From contig CAXXOU010000001.1 of assembly GCA_963677495.2 (NCBI GenBank), positions 288,001-352,000 on the forward strand: a stretch of DNA of 64,000 nt. The letters run 5' to 3'. The translations under genes were made by a program, and so were the position numbers. The notes under the pieces are model-generated. The model saw nothing but the letters and a program-made list of their open reading frames with translations. It was not told the origin of the DNA and searched no databases. Origin of the DNA: Candidatus Cloacimonadales bacterium (GTDB lineage Bacteria; Cloacimonadota; Cloacimonadia; Cloacimonadales; JAFGVF01). This document shows, one piece after another, positions 38,201-45,112 of the stretch (the first letter of the stretch is position 1; each line of letters starts with the position of its first letter).

Positions 38201-40313
38201 TGACCTTACAGCATCACTTGATGGTTTTGCTGCTGGTACTCTTACAGACATCGTTGTTGATGGTGACGTAACTGCTGCTGTAATGCTTACAGAAGTTATG
38301 ATTCCTGCTAACACTGTTGTTGCTGCTGTTAACGATACACAGACAGAAGTTAACCTTACTTGGGAAGCTCCAGGTGCTGGTGGAACATCTGAGTGGATCC
38401 ACAAAGACAGTGGTGAGAATAATGATGGTATCGGTCTTACAAGTGGTGGAACATTTAACGTTGCTGTTAAATTCGACGCTGCAGAACTTCAAGACTACAA
38501 TGGTATGTTCTTAAGCAGAATCAAATACTGGCCAAATGCTGATGGTACTTATGTACTTAAAGTATGGGCTGGTGACGATGGTATGACAGAAGTTTATTCT
38601 GAGCCTATCGCTGCTCCAGTAATTGGTGAGTGGAATGAAGTTCAGATGTCAGCTGCTGTTACTGTTGATGCCACACAAGCTCTTTATATTGGTTATGAAG
38701 TAACTCATGATGCCGGTAACTATGTTGCTGGTACAGACGCTGGTCCACACGTGGCTGGTGGTGACATGATTATGATGGATGGCGAAACTGCATGGAGTGA
38801 ATTACACGTTCTTGCTTCTACACTTGACTACAACTGGAATATCCAGGGTTATGTTGGTTGGGCAACTACTCGTGAAATCTCTAACCATAAAGTTGCTGTA
38901 GCTCCAAAAGCTACTGGTGAAAAAGTTGTTTATAACCTTGCACAATCAGGTATCACAAACACTTCTTCAACTTCAAGAGTTGACCGTCCTGTAACTGGTT
39001 ATAACGTATATCGTCTTAACACAGGTCAAGAAGACACACCTGGTCTTTGGACTACTGTTGGTGCTTTCGTAACTGATCTTAACTATGCTGATGATAGCTG
39101 GGCAACTGTTGCTCCTGGTTTCTACAGATGGGCTGTTAGAGCTGTTTACACAGGTGACGTTGAAGCTCCTGCTGCATTCTCTAACGAACTTATCAAAGAT
39201 ATGGTTGGTTTACTTGACGGTACTGTTGTAGATGCTGTTACTAACGCACCTATCGCTGATGCTACTGTTACTGTAGACGGAAACTCAATCCAGACAGACG
39301 CAACTGGTTATTACATGTTCTCATTACTTGAGGGTGTATATACTGTTGAATGTGCTGCTCCTGGTTATGTTTCACAGACTCAGGAAAATGTTGCTGTTTC
39401 AGGAACTCAGGTTTCTACAGTTAACTTCCAGATGGCTCAGTCAGCTGTTGTATTCGAAGACGGTTTTGAATCATACACTGATTTCACTCTTGATTTTGCA
39501 CCTTGGACTCAGATTGATAACGATGGCTTAGCAACTTATGGATTCACTAATACATCATTTGATAATAGTGGTTATACTGGTTCTTACATGGTATTCAATC
39601 CAACAACAACAACTCCTCCACTTGAAACCTTAGTTGCATACGAAGGTGACAAGATGGCTGCTTGTTTTGCTGCTATCCCTGGTGACACTGGTTCTGAAAA
39701 TGATGACTGGTTAATTACTCCACAAATTCATGTTTATGATGGTGGTACTCTTGAATTCCAGGTTAAATCATTCACTGCTGATTATGGCCTTGAAAGATAT
39801 AATCTCTACATCTCAACAACTGGTAATGCAATGGGTGACTTCACACAGATTAATACTGGTGGATACCTCGAAGCTCCAGTTGATTGGACAATGGAATCAA
39901 TTAGCCTTGATATGTATGCTGGACAGGATATCTATTTTGCTATCCAGTGTGTAACAGCAGATGCATTCATATTCTTGATTGATCAATTCATCGTTGATAG
40001 TCCTAACCCAACTGCTGAAGATGTTAACACTCCTGTAGTAACAGCTCTTCAGGGTAACTATCCTAACCCATTCAACCCTACTACTACAATCAGCTACTCA
40101 GTTAAAGAAGCTGGTCCTGTAACTATCGATGTTTATAACGTTCGTGGCCAAAAGGTTAGAACTCTTGTAAATGAAGATGTTGCTGCAGGTAACCATACTA
40201 TAACTTGGACTGGTGATGATAGTAATGGTAAAGCAGTTGCTAGTGGTGTTTACTTCTATAGAATGAACTCAACTAACTACAACGAAACTAAGAAAATGAT
40301 GTTAATGAAGTAA
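35214..40313 (+). CDS. Large secreted surface protein: cleaved-adhesin (choice-of-anchor J)-like, CARDB, carboxypeptidase-regulatory-like and FN3-like domains, FlgD-Ig/T9SS-like C-terminal tail
   Basis: Signal peptide; FEG/FEN.FPPTGW, DEWLIT and DDWLITP adhesin motifs; C-terminal GNYPNPFNPTT...SGVYFYRM...KKMMLMK. Confidence 0.85.
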   Translation: MTKKTAMFMMLLALMVSSIFATPLFEGFEGTFPPTGWTSVMVADHDWTQEADAYAGSSAAGYAGTANAGEAILTSPRLDLTAGTADNLSFWYKAADWLGDQNELYVEYSSDGGTTWVEIAHLMNAEDYTQQSFDLEGQTQTDDAYIRFRAIDLYGYPVLVDNVVGPMLYGTNPIVDLQAVAISGNNSPTVNTVTDITLTVFNAGDVDATNFDVKLFDENDVELATLPVTGLASLASDDYMLSFTPTVAGAMNVYGAVVSTEDTDASNNETGMLALNVQGAGTAVVTIGDASETQYRTPYNLYYKSSLAQMIYPAADITAGGLLTAISFSASISSTDIPAGLPINIWIGETADATLTAFEASTNLTQVYQGTVDFAAGDADYMFTLDTPYAWGGNNLLVSVERPMDADYYSSSDVWYSTACPEGEVAYYQSDSTAPDPTMPPAATLATVKPDVQLYFMTSGLGSISGVVTDGTNPVAGVSLALDGTNFSAMSAADGTYSFPYVPADTYSIIATMHGYADSQVDGVVVTENNDTMQDVTMTMLPMVNVTGQVLASDTAAGIQASIELTGYENYMADTDAMGYFTIPVFAGHEYAGVATADGYNSASFTATVGTTDLDLGTITVTEIAFPVTNVVAEEVASDAVVTWNPAFQGGGGTGTGFAQGFENEFPPTGWNVQILNADDGAHFQQFGEVAYTPPVTPTEGSFQTGVQWAYTNQDEWLITNAFDCPGASNLTFDFYGHYGSTNADHYEVKVSTDGGTTWTVLWDASALPEGDNEYTAPVMIDLSMYAGQNITLAWHFYDGPTDDGLWYSTFIDNVVVGNATQRVQFAGNDFTHVSKATPSDVVTYNPGRKYKNPNEPVHPIVTSHDTRSFMDYTVYRLNFGDEADMNLWTELATITDTTYTDTDWSTLTAGTYEYAVVANYTNNVASDAAISNWLINGMMGSLAVTVTTNVGTVPVGAEVVITSQNMNPDGEYPVYTAMTDDMGVATFTDVWFSTYDLTASLDGFAAGTLTDIVVDGDVTAAVMLTEVMIPANTVVAAVNDTQTEVNLTWEAPGAGGTSEWIHKDSGENNDGIGLTSGGTFNVAVKFDAAELQDYNGMFLSRIKYWPNADGTYVLKVWAGDDGMTEVYSEPIAAPVIGEWNEVQMSAAVTVDATQALYIGYEVTHDAGNYVAGTDAGPHVAGGDMIMMDGETAWSELHVLASTLDYNWNIQGYVGWATTREISNHKVAVAPKATGEKVVYNLAQSGITNTSSTSRVDRPVTGYNVYRLNTGQEDTPGLWTTVGAFVTDLNYADDSWATVAPGFYRWAVRAVYTGDVEAPAAFSNELIKDMVGLLDGTVVDAVTNAPIADATVTVDGNSIQTDATGYYMFSLLEGVYTVECAAPGYVSQTQENVAVSGTQVSTVNFQMAQSAVVFEDGFESYTDFTLDFAPWTQIDNDGLATYGFTNTSFDNSGYTGSYMVFNPTTTTPPLETLVAYEGDKMAACFAAIPGDTGSENDDWLITPQIHVYDGGTLEFQVKSFTADYGLERYNLYISTTGNAMGDFTQINTGGYLEAPVDWTMESISLDMYAGQDIYFAIQCVTADAFIFLIDQFIVDSPNPTAEDVNTPVVTALQGNYPNPFNPTTTISYSVKEAGPVTIDVYNVRGQKVRTLVNEDVAAGNHTITWTGDDSNGKAVASGVYFYRMNSTNYNETKKMMLMK

Positions 40314-40337
40314 TTCATTAATCTCATAGATATAATT

Positions 40338-40364
40338 AAGGCCCTGCTCTATGCAGGGCCTTTT
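40338..40364 (+). terminator. Intrinsic (probably bidirectional) terminator
   Basis: aaggccctgc-tctat-gcagggcctttt. Confidence 0.88.
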
Positions 40365-40397
40365 CATATACTGAACACTCTTGGTCGACAAATTCTA

Positions 40398-41051
40398 TCA
40401 GCTCATTTCAACAACTTTCTTAACAAGTTTGGATATACCTTCAAACACTTCAGCATGACTTGCATCATTCATGAATGCAGGTGTTGTGACGATCTTCATT
40501 TTCTCATCAACTGCAATTTCGGAGGATGGTAACAACTCTATATTTACTCCCATCTTCTTCTCTGCATTCTTCCATTTCTTATCAAGACCCGGAGTTACTT
40601 TGAAGCCTGTATCCTTGAAATGAAGCATAAGTAGTACTGGAGAAATACAAATTGCTCCAATCGGTTTACCTATTCTGTGAATTGAATCTATAAACTTAGC
40701 AACATCATCTCTAAGCTTTCCGGATAGACCTTCCTCTACAAATGAAGAGAAATTCTTGGCAGCTCCCAGTCCTCCCGGTATTATCAATCCATCAAGAGTC
40801 TCAGGATTGGCTGCATCCAATGCAATAATCTCTCCTCTTGCAATTCGAGCTGATTCTTTTAGGATATCCCTAACGTCATTATCATCGGTATCAGTTACGT
40901 AGTTAAATACGTCCATTTGCTTTCTATTCGGAGCAATAAAAGTTATTTTTGCATCACATTGAGATAAAGCCAAAACTGTGAAAGTAGACTCATAGATCTC
41001 AGAGCCATCCTTATTCCCACACCCGGCTAATAGTACACCAATATTCTTCAT
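40398..41051 (-). CDS. elbB: ElbB/ES1-family glyoxalase (DJ-1/PfpI superfamily)
   Basis: LAGCGNKDGSEIYE, ESARIARG, PGGLGAAKN, GAICISP and IVTTPAFM. Confidence 0.92.
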   Translation of the reverse strand: MKNIGVLLAGCGNKDGSEIYESTFTVLALSQCDAKITFIAPNRKQMDVFNYVTDTDDNDVRDILKESARIARGEIIALDAANPETLDGLIIPGGLGAAKNFSSFVEEGLSGKLRDDVAKFIDSIHRIGKPIGAICISPVLLMLHFKDTGFKVTPGLDKKWKNAEKKMGVNIELLPSSEIAVDEKMKIVTTPAFMNDASHAEVFEGISKLVKKVVEMS

Positions 41052-41153
41052 TATATCTCCTCTTTATTTTTTCTTTGACATCTGATTAGTAGTTGTATAG
41101 TTAATGTACCTTATTCGAAAAAAACTTAGTTTCAGCGAGTGTAAAGGAAATCT

Positions 41154-43481
41154 ATGGTTAAGTACACAATATTATTAGTTTTGTTACTCTTACACTCATT
41201 ATTGGCTTCTAACGTTGTTATTAACGAAGTATGCTATGACCCGATTGGGGCAGATCAAGGTTATGAATGGATAGAACTCTATAACAACGGAGATGAAGAT
41301 ATAAACCTTATCGGATGGTCAATTTACACAGCCGGGTCTCAGTTTCAAGAAGATTTTGAGTTCCCATCTATTATCATACGATCCGGACGTTATATACTAA
41401 TTGCAGAAGATAAGGTTGAACAAGCTCACATTTATACCGACCTGGAATTACAGAATGCCAGTCCTGTTGTTGACGGCATTGCACTTGTGAACCCCGATAG
41501 TAGTTATACTGATACTATTCTTTATGGAATCACTAATGAAAATCAACTTCATGATGATATTAATAGTCTTGGCACTTCTTATGCTCCTGATCCATCACAA
41601 GGATTTTCACTAATGAGAGTACCAAATGGTGTGGATACAGACATCATAAGTGACGATTTTTTTGCCTGCTCAAGACCAACTCCCGGATATGAAAATTCAA
41701 GAGATATTGACCTCTGTTTGAAAGAGGTAATTTGCATAAAAATCGCTGATAAATTGAAGATATCCACAGTTATCAACAACAAATCCACATGGGATGTGGA
41801 TAACTTTGAGTGCCAACTTAACTTCTATAGAGATGAACTACTTATTCAATCAACACCCCTACAAGGGATAAAAGCTCTAAATGCTATAGATACAATAATT
41901 TATATTGATAATACTGTAGATTTTAGCTATAATCTGAAGGTCGAAGTTTTCCACCCTCAAGAAACAAACAGTGTGGATAACTTGTGGGTAACTGAGATTA
42001 TTAACACAAATATAACCCTTTTTATCAATGAAATCATGCCTAATCCCGCTTATAATGGTCAAGAGTGGATTGAACTTTATAATCCCAACTTTTTAAGCAT
42101 TAATTCAACTTTAATTTCTGTTGAAGATTATACCGGAAACAGTATCAATATTTCTAAACCGATTCCACCTTTGGAATATGTAATTCTATGCACAGATAGT
42201 CTGGATTTTTGTTTATCATATCCCGATTGTGCGCCTGAGTGTGTTATTGAAATCACGTCATTGCCGACAATGAATAACGATGGAGACTGTCTTGTGTTAA
42301 AGAGCTATACTATAATTGATTCTATCTCTTATTCGGATTATGCTGAGGAAGGGTGCTCTTTTTATCGAATAAACAATGATATTCCCGATATGAATCCTTA
42401 CGATTCATCTATCTATGCTTCTCCGGGAGAACAGAACTATCAGCAACATCCTGAAAATGAGTTCAATGTCAGCATCTCTTGTACTGAGAACATCACGCAC
42501 ATAGTTTCTTTTATAGGCATAATAGAGCCCATCGAAAGTATATTCTCATGCGTTCTTTGCAATATTAATGGAGATAATGAAGTTGAGCAGTTTTCTGAAC
42601 TGATAACTATTACTGAAGACTCAACTATTGAGTTCACTTCCGATATTCCACCAAAAGGATGTTATTACTATTTTTATAGCTTTAATCAAGAATCTTTAAC
42701 CAAGCTCTGGATTCAAGATACTGTACCAACTGTGATTAATGAGATAATGTTTAATCCTCTTATAAACGAACCGGAGTGGATTGAGCTATATTCGAAGATT
42801 CCTCAAGAGCATAATGTAACTATCGCAATATCATCTGATTCTTTAGAAGTTCCCATAAGCAATGAAGGATTCTATATAATCACCAGTAACCTTTCTGATG
42901 TTGATCAGTTGCATAATCAGTACGGTTTAGATACAGTTCAGATATATACCGGCCTACCTTCTCTCCTGAACTCAGGTGAGATGATAACTATCAGTTCTGA
43001 AGTATCAAATGTTACAGAATCCTTTCACTATCAAAGCTCTTGGTCGTCAGTTAAGGGAGTCTCTGCTGAACGGACATCTCCCCATGTTTCACCGGTAGAT
43101 TCCAATTGGTGCGGATCTATTGATAACTCAGGAAATACAATTGGTAGAGTAAACTCTATCTATCGAGAGTACATTCCAGAGAAAGATAAAGTCAAACTTC
43201 ATCCAAATCCCTTCTCCCCCTATAGAGGAGAAACCTGCGATATTGTATTCACCTTAGAAAGTCCGGTAGTAGAAGTAACATGTACCGTCTATGATTTACA
43301 AGGTAGAAAGCTTGTTACTCCGGTAAAGAATACACAGATATCAGGAAATGATATGATAAACTGGGATGGTAGATGGAGAGGTGGGAAAAAGCTTATACCC
43401 GGTTCTTACATTTTACTTGTTGAAATCAATGATGAAGGTAAAGTAAGCAAAAAACAGATTCCGTTTGCAATCGGGTATTAG
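41154..43481 (+). CDS. Secreted lamin-tail-domain repeat protein with FlgD-Ig-like C-terminal tail
   Basis: Three INE(V/I)...EWIELY repeats; C-terminal PNPFSP...YDLQGR...WDGR...PGSYIL. Confidence 0.82.
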   Translation: MVKYTILLVLLLLHSLLASNVVINEVCYDPIGADQGYEWIELYNNGDEDINLIGWSIYTAGSQFQEDFEFPSIIIRSGRYILIAEDKVEQAHIYTDLELQNASPVVDGIALVNPDSSYTDTILYGITNENQLHDDINSLGTSYAPDPSQGFSLMRVPNGVDTDIISDDFFACSRPTPGYENSRDIDLCLKEVICIKIADKLKISTVINNKSTWDVDNFECQLNFYRDELLIQSTPLQGIKALNAIDTIIYIDNTVDFSYNLKVEVFHPQETNSVDNLWVTEIINTNITLFINEIMPNPAYNGQEWIELYNPNFLSINSTLISVEDYTGNSINISKPIPPLEYVILCTDSLDFCLSYPDCAPECVIEITSLPTMNNDGDCLVLKSYTIIDSISYSDYAEEGCSFYRINNDIPDMNPYDSSIYASPGEQNYQQHPENEFNVSISCTENITHIVSFIGIIEPIESIFSCVLCNINGDNEVEQFSELITITEDSTIEFTSDIPPKGCYYYFYSFNQESLTKLWIQDTVPTVINEIMFNPLINEPEWIELYSKIPQEHNVTIAISSDSLEVPISNEGFYIITSNLSDVDQLHNQYGLDTVQIYTGLPSLLNSGEMITISSEVSNVTESFHYQSSWSSVKGVSAERTSPHVSPVDSNWCGSIDNSGNTIGRVNSIYREYIPEKDKVKLHPNPFSPYRGETCDIVFTLESPVVEVTCTVYDLQGRKLVTPVKNTQISGNDMINWDGRWRGGKKLIPGSYILLVEINDEGKVSKKQIPFAIGY
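41760..41991. promoter_or_regulatory. Intragenic cluster of DnaA-box-like 9-mers
   Basis: Perfect tgtggataa at 41795 and 41972; near-matches atatccaca 41760, ttatcaaca 41770, aaatccaca 41781, ttttccacc 41947 and tgtgggtaa 41983. Confidence 0.55.
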
Positions 43482-43692
43482 AAAACTGAAAACTATCTCT
43501 AAAAATGCTTGTCTAGAGCTAAATAGAATCGAATTTTCCATAACCTAAGCATTAATCTCTTCAAGTTTAAATTAACGTAAACCATTTATTCTCAAGGACT
43601 GTTTTATAATGGGATTGTTTTTCATTCGGATAGTTTTATTACACTCACATATAACACTACGTCAAAAGTAATTAATTCCAATTTGTGCTTTA

Positions 43693-43851
43693 GGCATCCC
43701 TTCCAGTCCCGTGACTAAGACAAGTTTTCCATAAATATTCAAGTTATCCACATCATGTGGATAAATCGTGCCATTCCACGAGAGGGTCACGAGAGGGTCA
43801 CCTGTGGCTAACCTTTGAAACACCTATTTTATTCACGGAACCGGAAGGGAT
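43693..43851 (+). repeat. 11-nt-periodic rod inverted repeat, subtype C (inverted DnaA-box pair), asymmetric copy
   Basis: TIR catcccttccagtcccgtga/tcacggaaccggaagggatg; ttatccaca-tca-tgtggataa at 43744-43764; units cacgagagggt, cacgagagggt, cacctgtggct. Confidence 0.65.
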
Positions 43852-43949
43852 GAGGAAGGGCAAATTTGGGGAAATTGTTAGTGGAAAATTGTTAGCTGGA
43901 GTCAAAGCGACCGAATGGGAGTTGGACTCATAGTGAAATATGGCAATAT

Positions 43950-44100
43950 TCTACCTTTCGAATGGTCCTTAGACCTTCGAAATGGTGCTCTTGGACATTC
44001 CCCTCTTGTAGAGGGGTGCCGTTTTAACGGTGGGGTGTTTCTTCCTACGAAGTGCACCATTTGCAAGGTTTACAACCATTCCAAAGGTACAGATTGCAGA
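43950..44100. repeat. Cluster of REP-like hairpins
   Basis: acctttcgaatggtc...gaccttcgaaatggt; cccctc-ttgta-gagggg; accatttgcaaggtt...aaccattccaaaggt. Confidence 0.55.
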
Positions 44101-44244
44101 TGGCATTTTCATTTTTTGCTCTCTTACAATAGTTTTTCATCTCTTCCGAATAGCTTGCGAATCACATGTCCAATTCTTGGGCATATCCCCAAGTGTTCCG
44201 CAGGAATTGTAATAGAGAAAATAAGGAATAATAATGGAAAAATT

Positions 44245-44580
44245 AAGCTCTGAAAGAGCGATTGTTCAATAGCCCCATGCGACTTGTCGCTTGGGGTAAA
44301 AGTTCACGCTCAAGATTAGCCCTGAAGGGGCGTCAGATCACCAAACATGTTAATCTTACGCCCCTTTAGGGCTACATCTTTTTAGATTACGTTTACCACA
44401 TGCCAAAGCATGTGGCTATTGAACAGACGCCTTCTCAAGGCTAAAACAAGCTGAAGGAGTTTTGTGCAATTGAGGGCACTGGCACTACGTTTTAGCCCTA
44501 TATGGGCTAAATATGAATAGCCCCAGGTTTTATAACCCGGAGTCATGTTCCCTAAAGATTTCAAGCCCAAGGATGGCTAT
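44245..44580. repeat. Two decayed composite REP-like elements (gccctgaagggc / aatagcccc...gggg type)
   Basis: gctctgaaagagc, aatagccccatgcgac-tt-gtcgcttgggg, agccctgaaggggcg...cgcccctttagggct, gccctatatgggc, aatagccccaggtt...aacccgg. I recall this repeat type next to IS200/IS605 (Y1 HUH) transposases; none is in the window. Confidence 0.6.
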
Positions 44581-44697
44581 AACATTGAATGAGATGGAAC
44601 TGATGAGTATAATAACACTGTGGCAACCGGCGTGTATTTCGCAGTTGTGAAAACTAACAAAGAGCAGAAGAGCAATAAGATTCTCTTGATGAAGTAG
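44569..44697 (+). pseudogene. Orphan 3' fragment of an FlgD-Ig/T9SS-like C-terminal tail
   Basis: Translates KDGYNIE*DGTDEYNNTVATGVYFAVVKTNKEQKSNKILLMK*, with TGA at the conserved Trp; matches the tails of four intact genes in this window. Confidence 0.75.
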
Positions 44698-44824
44698 GAA
44701 GAAGTGAATTGCAACGATAGTGTGATTCGCTAATTCCGGTAGTAGTTGTAGTTTCGTTCTCATGCAAGTCAGAAGTTGTGTGACATGGCAAACCGACATA
44801 GTCGGTTAAATCCATAATATAGCA

Positions 44825-45025
44825 TGTTTCGTTCTCGCGATACGCTATCGCTACAACGCATGTCCGAAGGTTTTCAACCATTCCATAGGAACAGGTGTTG
44901 AGACAAGACATCGCTTTGCGTCGAAGTACGCATTTCCCCAAACTCCTTATCAGTCGTACAGGTGACAGCTTCAGATGACTTCGAGTTGAACCATTCGGAA
45001 GGTCTTCGACCATTACGAAGGTTTA
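44825..45025. repeat. Further decayed REP-like hairpins
   Basis: tccgaaggttttcaaccattcc and aaccattcggaaggtc-ttc-gaccattacgaaggtt share the type seen at 43950-44100; gcgatacgctatcgc is a further short palindrome. Confidence 0.45.
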
Positions 45026-45055
45026 GAGTAGCGTAGCACGATTCACTCACATCAC

Positions 45056-45089
45056 CCCCCGCTATAGAAGGGAGAAACTATAGCGGGGG
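45056..45089 (-). terminator. GC-rich hairpin after the PHP-GT gene
   Basis: cccccgctatag-N10-ctatagcggggg; lacks a clear U-tract. Confidence 0.55.
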
Positions 45090-45112
45090 AGAACTAATCT
45101 ATTAGAGCCTAC

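Noticed and set aside
44590..44592. UGA=Trp or Sec recoding suggested by TGA at a conserved Trp
   Set aside because: TGA is a normal stop elsewhere (e.g. tmk), Trp is TGG in intact genes, and there is no upstream gene body; a nonsense mutation in a remnant is simpler.
43915..45013. ORFs 43915..44253, 44030..44212, 44382..44570, 44530..44799 and 44654..45013
   Set aside because: They run through palindromic repeats and show no recognisable motifs, including no HUH/Y1 transposase motif.
43482..45112. oriC at the DnaA-box pair, or at the shift in gene orientation near 29.5-30 kb
   Set aside because: No dnaA/dnaN/gidA context, only two boxes in the gap and no clear unwinding element; GC skew could not be computed.
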